Origin: Chiloscyllium plagiosum
Taxonomy: Eukaryota
Assembly: GCF_004010195.1 (NCBI RefSeq)
Contig: NC_057755.1
Span: 6,183,474 to 6,247,473, forward strand
Direction: 5' to 3'
DNA length: 64,000 bases
Position numbers and translations under genes: made by a program. Positions 11,828-24,223 of the stretch are shown piece by piece. The notes beneath the pieces are model-generated. The model did no database searches, was not told the origin of the DNA, and saw only the letters and a program-made list of their open reading frames with translations. Numbering within the stretch: position 1 is the first letter of the stretch; each line of letters starts with the position of its first letter.

Positions 11828-13018
11828 AAATGTGTTGCTGAAAAAGCGCAGCAGGTCAGGTAGCATCCAAGGAGCAGGAGAATCGACGTTTCGGGCATGA
11901 GCCCTTCTTCAGCAATGAGGAAAGTGTGTCCAGCAGGCTAAGATAAAAGGTAGTGAGGAGGGACTTGGGGGAGGGGTGATGGAAATGGGATAGGTGGAAG
12001 GAGGTCAAGGTGAGGGTGATAGGCCGGAGTGGGGTGGGGGCGGAGAGGTCTGGAAGAAGATTGCAGGTTAGGAAGGCGGTNNNNNNNNNNNNNNNNNNNN
12101 NNNNNNNNNNNNNNNNNNNNNNNNNNNNNNNNNNNNNNNNNNNNNNNNNNNNNNNNNNNNNNNNNNNNNNNNNNNNNNNNNNNNNNNNNNNNNNNNNNNN
12201 NNNNNNNNNNNNNNNNNNNNNNNNNNNNNNNNNNNNNNNNNNNNNNNNNNNNNNNNNNNNNNNNNNNNNNNNNNNNNNNNNNNNNNNNNNNNNNNNNNNN
12301 NNNNNNNNNNNNNNNNNNNNNNNNNNNNNNNNNNNNNNNNNNNNNNNNNNNNNNNNNNNNNNNNNNNNNNNNNNNNNNNNNNNNNNNNNNNNNNNNNNNN
12401 NNNNNNNNNNNNNNNNNNNNNNNNNNNNNNNNNNNNNNNNNNNNNNNNNNNNNNNNNNNNNNNNNNNNNNNNNNNNNNNNNNNNNNNNNNNNNNNNNNNN
12501 NNNNNNNNNNNNNNNNNNNNNNNNNNNNNNNNNNNNNNNNNNNNNNNNNNNNNNNNNNNNNNNNNNNNNNNNNNNNNNNNNNNNNNNNNNNNNNNNNNNN
12601 NNNNNNNNNNNNNNNNNNNNNNNNNNNNNNNNNNNNNNNNNNNNNNNNNNNNNNNNNNNNNNNNNNNNNNNNNNNNNNNNNNNNNNNNNNNNNNNNNNNT
12701 TGGAACTGGTCCTCCTGGGAGCAGATGCGGCGGAGACGAAGGAATTGGGAATATGGGATGGCGTTTTTACAGGGGGCAGGGTGGGAGGAGGTGTAGTCTA
12801 GGTAGCTGTGGGAGTCGGTCGGTTTATAGTAGATGTCCGTGTCGATTCGGTCACCCAAGATAGAAATGGAAAGGTCTAGGAAGGGGAGGGAGGAGTCTGA
12901 GACGGTCCAGGTGAATTTGAGGTCGGGGTGCAAGGTGTTGGTAAAGTGGATGAACTGTTCAACCTCCTCGTGGGAGCAGGAGGCAGCGCTGATAGAGTCA
13001 TCAATGTCGCGGAGGAAA
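11828..13018 (-). mobile_element. Penelope-like retroelement (RT fragment plus 3' end), interrupted by an assembly gap
   Basis: RT motifs RDIDD, LKFTWT, LPFLDL, YYKPTDSHSYLDYTSSHP and IPYSQFLRLRRICS. The 3' end carries ctgaaga-agggctcatgccc-gaaacgtc (11885-11912). Confidence 0.9.
12081..12699. other. Assembly gap (619 N)
   Basis: Run of N inside the Penelope copy. Confidence 1.
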
Positions 13019-13569
13019 GTGCACACTGAATTGAACGTAAGATTGTTAAACAACTGTACTTTATTTTTCAGAATAAGTCAAGGGGCTTTACTGGATGTTC
13101 AACCAACTCGTCGACAGTTCCTTTGTCCTTGCAAGGAAGTAGTTGCTTGACACATTGTGCTAAAGGTGCTTAGACATGTGCAGTGTCAATGACTGCACGC
13201 ATACATACACAACAACAATGACAATCTCCCTAGGCTGGGCTCTGTGATTTATCGCTCCCTCAGACTCAATCACGTCATGATCCTCCTCTGCTGTAGACTG
13301 TAAATTTCACACACAGAAACATACACAAACCCTCAGTATCATCCCCCTCCGTGGGGGACTGCAAATGTTAAACATACACACACACACACATTCAGTAGAA
13401 TCACACTTTGATGGGGACTTTAAATGTTACATATACACAGACGGTCACAAAATTTAAAGTCACTGCTGGGATCTGCTGTGACTAAGATAATATTCCCATA
13501 ATAAAAACATCATTTTGCAATTCATCTTCAATAATTGCATTTTTTTATTTTTCTCTTTCTGTCCTGAGT

Positions 13570-14015
13570 TTGGATGGTTAAAAAAGCGTTCTGGACATTT
13601 ACCTTTATCAGGCGAAGTACAAATTAGTTGAGCAGGCAGGTTATGTTGGAATTTTGCAGGACTTTGTAGACACCACAGCTGAAGTATTATGTGCAGGACT
13701 GGTCCCGACACTGGCAAGGGTGTGATTGTACTGGAGGGAGTGCAAAGGAGATTTATCAAGACATTGCCTAAGATGGAGCATTTCAGTGAGGAAGAGAGGC
13801 TGCATGATCTCAATTTATTTTCTTTGGTAGTGAGAATGCTAAGCATGCACAAGGGTATAGTAGACAATTGTTCTGCTTTTTTGAAGGGTCCCTAACAATA
13901 GTGCATCATTTTCAAATGAAAGACAAAACCTGCAATCGGAGAGTGACAGTGATCTGGAACGAACTGCTTGGGAGAGGGATTTGAGGCTGGAAACCACACA
14001 ATGGTGAAAAACTAT
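13570..14015 (+). mobile_element. CR1 LINE 3' ORF2 fragment
   Basis: LEGVQRRFIKTLP..EERL..LNLFSL motif. Confidence 0.75.
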
Positions 14016-14017
14016 AT

Positions 14018-15127
14018 GGATGACCAGTTCCACCACAGAACACACCAGATGACCTCCTTCTTCAGAGACCGCAATTTCACTTCCCACGTGGTTAAAGATG
14101 CCCTCCAACGCATCTCGTCCACATCCCGCACCTCCGCCCTCAGACCCCACCCCTCCAACCATAACAAGGACAGAACGCACCTGGTGCTCACCTTATGCCC
14201 CACCAACCATCGCATAAACCAAATCATCCGCCGACATTTCCGCCACCTCCAAAAATACCCCACCACCAGGGATATATTTCCCTACCCACCCCTTTCCGCC
14301 TTCTGCAAAGAGCGTTCCCTCCGTGACTACCTGGTCAGGTCCACGCCCCCTACAACCCACCCTCCCATCCTGGCACTTTCCCCTGCCACCGCAGGAACTG
14401 TAAAACCTGCGCCCACACCTCCTCCCTCACCTCTATCCAAGACCTTAAAGGAGCCTTCCATATCAATCAAAGTTTTACTTGCACATCAACTAATATCATT
14501 TATTGTATCAGTTGCTCCCGATGCGGTCTCCTCTACATTGGGGAGACTGGGCGCCTCCTAACAAAGCGCTTTAGGGAACATCTCCGGGACACCCGCACCA
14601 ATCAACCACATTGCCCCATGGCCCAACATTTCAACACCCCCTCCCACTCTGCCGAGGACATGGAGGTACTGGACCTCCTTCACCGCCGCTCCCTCACCAC
14701 CAGACGTCTGGAGGAAGAACGCCTCATCTACCACCTCGAAACACTTCAACCCCAGGGCATCAATGTGGACTTCAACAGTTTCCTCATTTCCCCTTCCCCC
14801 ACCTCACCCTAGTTCCAAACTTCCAGCTCAGCACTGTCCCCATGACTTGTCCGGACTTGTCCTATCTCCTTTTCCTGCCTATCGTCTTTTCCACTTATAC
14901 ACTCCACCCTCTCCTCCTTGACCTATCACCTTCATCCCCTCCCCCACTCACCCATTGAACTCTATGCTACTTTCTCCCCACTCACACCCTCCTCTAGCTT
15001 TTCTCTCCACGCTTCAGGCTCACTGCCTTTATTCCTGATGAAGGGCTTTTACCCGAAACGTCGATTTCGCTGCTTCTTGGATGCTACCTAACTGCTGTGC
15101 TCTCCCAGCACCACTAATCCAGAATTT
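14018..15127 (+). mobile_element. 5'-truncated Penelope-like element (RT thumb, GIY-YIG endonuclease, 3' terminal repeat)
   Basis: DQFHHRT..FFRDRNF and IIRRHFRHLQ; GIY-YIG NIIYCISCSRCGLLYIGETGR..RFREHLRD (~14490-14590); terminal LQPQGINVDF; hammerhead motif near the 3' end. Confidence 0.92.
15031..15066 (+). ncRNA. Minimal hammerhead ribozyme motif (Penelope-associated)
   Basis: CTGATGA (15035-15041), stem II gggc-tttt-accc, GAAA (15055-15058), then CGTC. Predicted GUC cleavage after 15062. Confidence 0.6.
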
Positions 15128-15259
15128 GAAGTGTTATGGCATTGAAGACGTGTGACATGCAGTGTGCTGCGAAGATGCGTGTTCGCTCCACTGCTTTTAA
15201 TAATGAATAAAACTAATTTGTATGGGAATGTACGATTAATGTCTCGTAACTTTGTAACT

Positions 15260-16085
15260 GACAATAGAATTGGTGGTGTGGTAGACAGCAAAGAGTACAA
15301 CTGGACCCTGGACAGATGAGCCAATGGGCCGAGGAATGGCACATGGAGTTTAATGTAGATAAATTGAGGAGTTGCATTTTCGCAAGATAAAGCAGGGCAG
15401 GATTTATACAGTTAGTGGTCGAGTTGTGGGAGTGTTGCTGAACCGAGACATCGGTGTGAAGTGAAGTCGCAGTTAGACATGTTAGTGAAAACCGCGTTTA
15501 GTACGATTCCCTTTTCTGTTTAGTACACTGAGTCCCGCAGTTGGGAAGTAACGTTGCAGCTGGACATGGCATTGGCGAGGCGACTGTTGCAATAGTGTCT
15601 TCATTTCTGTTCTTGATGCTATAGGAAATATGTTGTTAAACGTGAAAAGGTTCTGAAACAATTTCAAGGACTTTCCAGTGGTTGGACGGTTTGCCATGTG
15701 GAGCGAGGCTGAATAGGCCACGTCTTTTTTTCCTGTAGCGTGGTAGGCTGAAGTGTGACATTCTGGAAGTTTTTAAAATCATGAGTCACATGGATAGGAT
15801 GAATCGCCAAAGACGTTGCCTAACGTAGGGGATTCCAAACAAGAGGCAGAAGTTTAAAGTCAGAGGTTGCAGAGTGAAAGAGAACAAAGAGACATCCTTT
15901 TCATGAAGAGTGTGGGGGTACAGAATGACATACCAGAGGAAGTATTGGATGCGTGCAAATGAATAGGAAGTGTTTAGACGGGTAATATTGAAACTCCAGC
16001 AAATGGGACAAGAATTATTTAGGATAGCTAGTCGACATTGTCAAGTTGGATGAAATGGTCTGCTCTCTGTGCAACGCTGTGACTC
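15260..16085 (+). mobile_element. Degraded CR1 LINE 3' portion
   Basis: gaattggtggtgtggtagacag, tgggccgaggaatggcacatggagtttaatg (WAEEWHMEFN) and a CR1-type 3' UTR. Confidence 0.75.
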
Positions 16086-16619
16086 CAAAGTAGGAAAGTT
16101 GATTAGTACAGGTCTTGGTGAATTTGTGACGTTATGGACGTGATGGGCAAAAGGGACGCTTCTGCACTGTGTATTTTTATACTGCAAAAATATTTTACTG
16201 AACATTTATCATCAGAAATGCAAAGTAAGATTAGTAATGAACATATGTGTCCATTGCATACATGTAAAAAAGTCTTTCTCACAAACCTGGCCACATTGAA
16301 AATAGATAATTTATGCAGCACTAAATTCTCTGTCCTCGTCATCAGTTCTGCCTGAAAAATTAATTTCCCGGATGGAGAATACCAGAGCAATAAACGGTGG
16401 ACAATAGTTGTCTAAAAGGACAGAGCGATAATTGTGTATCTGTGAATTTTCCGTGTTAATGTTGCTGGTGTAGGGTGCTGAAAAGAACATTTTGACGAGG
16501 TATGTTCCCAGTTTGACTGGTCCGTGTTTGCTGAGTTTCTGTAAGGAATCTCTAGTATCGCGAAAGAAGTTGGGGATCCACTATACAATGGGTTTCAAGA
16601 TGTCTTCGACATAGCCAGA

Positions 16620-16998
16620 GTCGTTCTCAACCAGGGTCACTTTGCCTGATACGACCGGACGTCCTGGTGACACTAATTATTAAAGTTCACTTGAGAATGT
16701 AACTTTTAAAAAGTTTTGCGATTTACATATGAAAGAAGTGAAACTAACTTTGTAATTCTAATAGATGAGAGACTAAACAAAAATCAAAACATTTTTCAAT
16801 GGATAATGTCAGTTACATTACACTGTAAACGTTTGCTATAAATTCTTTGTCTTACAATCGTGTACTCCACAACCACCTGCTGAAGGAGCAGCGTTCCAAA
16901 CTCTAAAGCTTCCAATTAAATATGTATGACTATAACATGGTGTTGTGTTATTTTTAACTTTGTATACCCCAGTCCAACACCGGCACGTCCAACTCATG
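16620..16998 (+). mobile_element. Terminal repeat of a second Penelope-like family
   Basis: accacctgctgaaggagcagcgttccaaa is a mutated CTGATGA..GAAA hammerhead core, followed by tggtgttgtg..ccccagtccaacaccggc. Confidence 0.55.
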
Positions 16999-17949
16999 GC
17001 CAACAAAAATATGTTTGATTGTCACTGAGTTAAACAATGGATGGACGTTAAGGGAAGCCTGACTACCAGATAGCATGAAACCAGATGTCGCCTGTTGGTG
17101 AGGAAATCAAACCTCCAATTGTCCTCCAAACCCCAATGCATCTTGTTGACTATTGCTGTGTTTGAAATGAAAAGAAAAATGACATGTTCTTTAACTTGAT
17201 CATAACAGAGAAGAATGTTAAATTGTTGATGTGGTTCCCCTGGTTCAATGCTTGCTTATCAAATTTTGATAGCAGGTAGTTATAAACCTATCAATGCGAA
17301 GGTGATGCGAAAACAAACAGACAAATCATTGTCAACAGTGGTAAAGTACAAAATTAACTTTCAGATGGGAAAGAGGCTCAGTAATGGAAAGTGAAACTTA
17401 AAGCTGAAAATGTGAGACAACATCACATTGAAGGGCATAAACAGCAGATCTCCTGTTGCCATGGTCATCATGTAGACAAACATACACGTCGAAAGGCCAC
17501 AGTTTCCCTTGTAAACAATTACAATAGTGATTCGGTTTCCTGTTCAAAAGTGAGAGAACAAACCGTCAAATATCTTTTTTGTTCATATCTATTAAAGACG
17601 ACTGTATCAGATATTGACAACAATCAGTTGATATTGCCCACTAGAACACCAAAGGCAGCAAGAACCGGGTTGCAAATTTTATAAGTCGACAGAATAATTG
17701 GCTGTCTCATTTTCTGAAAAAAAAATCTATTGGCGATGCACAAAAAGAACATCGTAATGGTTGAATTTATTGAAGCTTCAAACTTCCAGACTGCTAATCG
17801 TTTAAAATTATAATTGCCGTTAAATGCAAAATGTATAAGTCAGTTGGTTGTTTCGTATGACACATCAGACTGAGGGAGACAATGTTGCAACAATACATTC
17901 AGGCAACAGATCAAATCCCCCTGTGGTGTAGCTGACCACCTTCTTAAAA

Positions 17950-18410
17950 AACAGTTCAAAGGAAGTTTACCAAAATAATAGCAGAATGAGGGATTTCATA
18001 CACAAGGAAAGATACGGTAATTGGGCTTATTCCTCTTGGACCAGCGAGTATTAAAAGGTAATCTTATTGAGGAGTTCAAAATTGTTCGCAATTTTGAATC
18101 GCTAAAGAAGAATGTTCTGTTTCCACTAGTTGGTATGTCAGTAGCGAGGATTCACAACTTCAAGACTGTCAACAAGAAAGCGAAGAGTGAGGTGAGGAGC
18201 AACTTATTTACCCAGCGAGTTACTTGAATTTGGAATGTGCTATCTAAGAGACTGTTGAGTGCAGATTCTATAGAAGGGTGAGCAAGACAGCTGGAGATAT
18301 ATTTGACAGTGATGAAGTACTACATAGAACCCGAGAGTGGGACTAGCTTGGTGGCTGTTTTGTGAGTGATTACGGGCATGGTGGGTGGAATGGCCTCTTT
18401 CTCTGCAGTA
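17950..18410 (+). mobile_element. CR1 LINE 3' fragment
   Basis: LGLFLLDQRVLKGNLIEEFKI..LFPLV..RSNLFTQRV. Confidence 0.7.
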
Positions 18411-18479
18411 ACATGACCGTTTGCAACAACAATAAAATTCCCAGTTTAATACAGCATTAACGGTATTTGATTCTCACAT

Positions 18480-18810
18480 TGCCTTGGCAAAACTACCAGA
18501 ATAATCAAAGACCACTTCAATGATATTCATAAACTCTTTCCCGCCAATGCTGTCGGGCAGAAGATACTAAAGTGTGTAAATATACACCAACAGTTACAAG
18601 AGTATCATTTTTCTGAGGTTTTACTTGACATTTGAACCGTCATTTCATATATTCGAATTGATTTCTGTCTCTGTGCAGCTGGAAAACTACATTCGGAATT
18701 CTGCTTTATTAACCTGATGTATTTATGTATGATATAATTTGCCTGAATATAACAAACAGCAGCATTTTTCACTGTATCTCGGTCCACGTGATAATGAAAA
18801 AAAACTCACA
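18480..18810 (+). mobile_element. Rex1/Babar-like LINE 3' remnant
   Basis: ataatcaaagacc (IIKD) and tcgggcagaagatac (SGRRY) resemble the Rex1 ORF end. Tail ttttcactgtatctcggt..gtgataa. Confidence 0.5.
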
Positions 18811-19055
18811 TTTAATCAAACTACTCACCTTCTCTGGTGCTGGAGTAATGCTTGCATTCATTTGAAAATGACAATCATGTTTGAGTATTCACTGTGATTA
18901 GCACATATGCTGGAACAGAGAGTTCTACCTTGAACTCTGAATACCACTAATTCTTAACCATTATCACAGTGCTCCCCCCCCCCCCCCCGTCTGTACAATA
19001 TTAGTACCAGAAAATATGTTTGTAATGTTTTTTTATTTCAGTGGCGATAAGTATT

Positions 19056-20610
19056 TCATTTGAGAAAGAATGTATTGAATTTATTGGGTGTGTCAGTCTG
19101 CAATCTCAACACATTCCTGGGAAAATATTTGAAGCAAGCAACTCGCCCATAGCTGGCGAGAATGCAAAGCCAGGGGCCACGCTCGAGATTTATTAGAACA
19201 CGAAAGATACCATCCATGTGCTGTCGCCCTTCGTTTACGTTTTCGATGAGATGCTTGTCCACGCCAATACTAAAGTATTGGTGCATATTATAAAGAGCAT
19301 TCCCAAAGGCAAGGCCACAGTTATGTCATTGTTGCAATGTATCCTCCTGGAGCAATTTCTGTTGCCATAACCCAAGTTTCATTAGCTATACGCTGTGCAT
19401 TTGCATCTATACTACTTAAGTCTGCCCTCATCCCTTCCTTGTCCATTGGAAGGTGACCATTCATTAGATCACTGCCAACAATTAAACCATTCTTAACTTC
19501 ATGTTCCTCTTCCCAGCTACTTTCGTTTGCCCTCACTGTTAAGTGGAGAATTAGACAATTCAGACTCTTGTCTTATAAGTTGAAATAAACTCCCACTATG
19601 CTATTTCGTGTCTCAGCTCGGAGATTAGTTGCATTTCTGCTCTGGTGAAGCACATCTCTTTTGAAAGAAAATCTCCCTTGCCAAAAGTGATGACAAAATG
19701 CCCAATATCGAATAAATGATACAGTTTGTGGTGAGTCTCGATGGGACAATTCATTCCTGTGTTAATACCGTGGACCATCGTTTTTCAAGGAATCATTCGG
19801 ATTTCAGTTGGTGGGGACAAAATCCGTGAGAGACTGACTGATACCTTTTGAGATTTTTTGGGGGAAAATTGTGTTTGTAGCGTTTTTCTTTCAAAATTAT
19901 GGCACGGCCTTTGTACTGACATAGATAAAAGTAGTCCCAGGAAAGACTTCCATCAGTAACACTACATAAGTAATTTTACATTTCAAGCATGAAATACATT
20001 GCATACTAAGCATTAAATCAAGTGGCAGAATAACTGTGAACGACAGCAACGTAAAAAGAATGACTGCAGATGCTGGAAACCAGATTCTGGATTAGTGGTG
20101 CTGGAAGAGCACAGGAGTTCAGGCAGCAACCGACAAGCAGTAAAATCGACTTTTCGGGCAAAAGCCCTTCATAAGTACAGTTTAAGGAGATCCTGCGTAT
20201 AAAGAAGTAATTCTTGTACAAATAATGTGTCCTGTCATTGTGCAGGGGTTGTGTCAGCTTCCAGTTCAGTGGCGTTAAAGTAACAGAGCTAATTATTAAT
20301 ACATTATGAAATTTATTTGGGAAGCTTGAGCTTGCAGCATTTCACAAATTTAGGTTTTCAATGTTAATTCAAAGAAAAGAGAATACGATGATGACATAGA
20401 CTAGTTCCAGTTACATTCGGTCTAGTCTCGGCACTCAGCCTCAAAAGCACAACTGGAACCAACGTGAAAAGGCAAAACACTTTGAAGCTGTACTGTGACT
20501 GAACAATAAAACTTCTCGATGTTCCCAGACTCATCAATAAATTGCACTGTAATATTGCGTGGTCTCAGATTTGAATGGTTTTTCTTTTCTGTACAATTAA
20601 ATTGCAACGT
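19056..20610 (-). mobile_element. Ancient hAT (Charlie/Buster/SPIN-like) transposase fossil
   Basis: Colinear degenerate motifs across frames: RNITVQFIDE (~20540), SVTDGSLS (~19950), SELRHEIA (~19610), NE..S..QGR (~19450) and KLGLWQQKL (~19370). They parallel hAT motifs RNTV..RI, VTTDGAPSM, FELRxEI, NELNLSLQG and KLxLW. Confidence 0.5.
20055..20172 (-). mobile_element. Penelope 3' terminal fragment
   Basis: Reverse complement of 15040-15127-type sequence (gaagggcttttgcccgaaa..ccagcaccactaatccagaa). Confidence 0.75.
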
Positions 20611-21102
20611 GCAACTGTGAACAATCGGTTCTATAAATATAGACAGTTAACTGACATAATCATAAATGTATCGCAATTTAGAATGAGTGCATTTGACCCA
20701 TAGTGATTGTTCATTGCACATTATCATCTTAATCGTGGCATCAATAGGAAAACATTCCGAGACCAGTACTGCAAGATGCTACAGTTTTAACTTATAACCG
20801 AAGTATAAGTAAGACTGAAGACAAAAAATATGACTTGACTGAATGGAGAGGATATCATTGCATTTTATATACTCATATAGTATCATGTATTCACTGCATA
20901 TTGTAGTTAAGATGTACAAGGAAGCATTCTCAATTTTTCAATACGCTTTAAATTGCATGCATTCCAATCATATAATAATTGCCGATAATTATACATAAAG
21001 TATGACAGCTCATTTAATTCGCATTCTTATGAAAAGACACTAACGTTCTTTCTAGAGCCTGAGGTCGGTTTAAGTGTACATATATTTTGTTTGATCCTCA
21101 AC

Positions 21103-21524
21103 GATTTTCCAAACAAATCATGGAAACGCAGACTCCTGTTCAATCGTGGCAGAACAGTGCACGATGGATACACCAGTTAGCCAAGTCATGTTTGCCTGGA
21201 TGATATACAGACACAGCAGCTAATGGAACGGAAGGAATTCACAGAGTGCTGCATGTGTGATCGATTGGTGCCATGTTATTTGTATTTCATGAGAGCTGAC
21301 TTGGATCACTTCAGATTTTCCAAACAAATCATGGAAACGCAGACTCCTGTTCAATCGTGGCAGAACAGTGCACGATGGATACACCAGTTAGCCAAGTCAT
21401 GTTTGCCTGGATGATATACAGACAGAGCAGCTAATGGAACGGAAGGAATTCACAGAGTGCTGCATGTGTAATCGATTGGTGCCATGTTCTTTATATTTCA
21501 TGACAGCTGACTTGGATCACTTCA
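21103..21524. repeat. Tandem duplication, 2 x 211 bp
   Basis: 21103-21313 and 21314-21524 are near-identical, with about five substitutions by eye. Confidence 0.95.
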
Positions 21525-23219
21525 AAAATAAAATTCACAGAAATGCAGGCCATTTGATGAAATTCTTCTTTTTGTTCATGACACATTCATTTGACGTTCT
21601 TGTGAAAATGCAGGCAGTTAAGGTCTTCCCATATTTTGACTCCCCATCTTACAGTTGGCAGGGGCAATATTATTTGGGGAGATTTCTGCGGTGTACAATT
21701 TGTCTGGGGGGCAAAATTGAGAGTTGCAAAATAGTGGCACTACAAGGGCGGAGGTATCAAATGGGGGGGGGTATATGTGGGGGAGATTAGTTTGAGGAGG
21801 GGAACAAAACTACACAGGAGGGGCCATTGGATAGGAGGGTATAGTGGGCGGATTTGGTGGGGAATGCAAAACTACGGACAAGCACAACATCCAGGGGAAG
21901 GAAATGAGGTGGTATTTGGGGAAAGGCACACACTGGGGGGAGATGAGGTAAAGCATGTTTCCCAGTGAGTTGGGGACGAGGGACTACAGAGAACAGCAAG
22001 AGTCAGGGATCTTGCTATGCATCCCTGTATTAATATCTCCATGCACTCACTTTGTGTTGGAGAGCAGGATAGGATATTAGGGAAGAGATGTCGCCACAGG
22101 AAGGGGACCTGAATAAGGGTCAATCGGGAGCAAATCCTGAGGAGCCGGGGACAGCACACTCAATATTTCACAGGCAGGAGGGGGGTAGGTACGATGGGCC
22201 GAAAGTCTTCTTCCTGGGGCGCGAGGCGTCTGGGGTTCTGGGACCAGGATCTTGCTGTGCTTTCATAGAGGGGGTCTGCAGACTCATTTATCCACAGTCC
22301 AGCAGTTGAGGTTCAGCGAGGGTCGGTATATAGGACATGGTGGGCTGTAGAAGTGGGGTTTATGCCAGTACTAATGGAATGGAAGAGTCGGGGCAAAAAG
22401 GCACATTGCACAATCTGGGGTGAAAGGGGGGAAAAGCATGGGTGATGGAGCAGTTGCAAAACTCAGGGAAGGGGGAGAAAAGCAGAAGGGGTGTAATAAA
22501 ATTAGGGCATCTGCGTTCCCGAAACTATTTCTGACTCTTCCCCCCCCCTCCCCCCCCCACCATGTGTTGGTGCCCCAATCAGGAGGAGCAAGACTGTGGG
22601 TGCGGTTGGGGCAGCAAAATGTGCGTGCGTTGGGTGGGGGGTGAATGGTAAGATGCTAAATAATTGGCAGTGCATGTTCGGGGTCACAGAAATATCCCGG
22701 GGGAGGATTGTTTGAAGGGGGAGTCTTTGGAGCAGCAGCGTGTGGAGAAATGATTGCGTGAGAGGAGGGGCCGACAAAATAGGACAGACACAACATCTTG
22801 TGGGACATGGCATATTTAGGTCAACATGAGAACCGGGGGAGATCGTCGGAAGCGTTCTGTCAGTATTGTTGGGGCGGGGGAAGTAACAGGGGATGGAGAG
22901 TGGGATCATGCTGTGCCCTACCGCTGTCAGCCCAAAGGTGATTCAGTGCACATGCTTACTGTGTTGGCCCCATGGTGTTGTATCGAGGAGGACCGGTCTC
23001 TGGGAGGGGAAATAATTACTCGAGGCACAGACCCTCCAAGTTTTATAAGTTTCAAATGCTCATTCAAGTACATTTCACAGGTTTGAGAGATTTTCCAACT
23101 CGATACACTCTCAGAGCCCATTCCGGACACCCCAAGAGACCTCTGGGTGAAAGCAGTTTCTCTCAAATCTCCTCTGAACCTCCTGCGTTTTACTTTAAAA
23201 TCATGCTCCCTTGTTATTA

Positions 23220-23830
23220 AATTAGATTACTTAACTTGTGTGAACAGGCCATTTGGCACAACAAGTCCACATCGACCCTTTGCAGCATAACCCACCCAGA
23301 CCAATTTCCCTCTGAATAATACACCTAACACTGTAGGACTGTGTTCGATGGCCAATCCACCCTAACCTGCACATCTCCTGACACTATGGGACTATTTAGT
23401 ATGGCCAACCTGCCCTAACCTGCACATCACTGGATAGTTTGGGGAATTTCGCACGGGTTTTTTAGCATGGCCATCTTAACTTGCAGAGCCTTGGACACTG
23501 GGACAATTTCCCATGGCCAAAACACCCTAACCTGCACATCCCTGAATACTATGGGGCAATTTAGCACATCCAAGTCACCTTAACCGACACTCTGGGACAA
23601 TATACCATGGCCAATTCACTCGAACGTGCACATCCGTGGACACTATGGGACAATTTTGCATAGCCAGACCCCCCCTAACCTGCACATCTCTGGACACTGT
23701 GGAAGAATTTAGCACGGTAAATGCATCCTAACATTTACACATCCAGAGTCTGTTGGAGGAAACCAGAGCAGAGGGAGGAAAACCAGACACGGGGAGAATG
23801 TGTAAACTCCACAGTCGCCCAGGTGGTTGG
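23220..23830 (-). mobile_element. HE1-type SINE with an internal ~55-bp tandem expansion
   Basis: V-domain at 23750-23820. The unit ggccaa..ccctaacctgcacatc..gacactatggg..aatttagca repeats about 7-8 times over 23330-23745. CR1-like tail at 23220-23280. Confidence 0.8.
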
Positions 23831-24223
23831 CGCAAAGGAGGTTTGGGCGGGAAGAAAGATGGTGGGGCAAGGTCGTGGGTGGGAAAGTCAGAGGTCGGGC
23901 AAGACAGACTGACTGACAAAAAAGAGAGAGAGCAGAAAGACAGAGAAAGAGATAGAGAGAAAAAGAGAACAAGAGAAAGAGAGAGAAAGAGAGAGAAAGA
24001 GAGGGGGAAGGCAGAACACGGGGGATTTGTAAGGGGTGGTGTAATTTTTAAATCATTAACTGTTGTAGTAAGCACATAGTAAGTACAAAGCCACCATTTT
24101 AGTCCTTTCTACCCTGTAGTAAGCACCAGCAGATACTCCCCTAGATTTTCATGAATGGAACAATGGAAACAGCTTTCCTCGTGGCTGAGGGACTGCCCAC
24201 AACCCATGGCTGTACATCATCAT

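Noticed and set aside
11938..13053. Long 255-371 aa ORFs
   Set aside because: They are artefacts of translating through the N gap; only the Penelope RT part is real.
19300..19960. Initial impression of Ig constant-domain or viral fragments
   Set aside because: The colinear motifs fit a hAT transposase better.
23330..23745. CRISPR-like periodic array
   Set aside because: Units are contiguous diverged SINE segments with no unique spacers, in a eukaryotic context with no cas genes.
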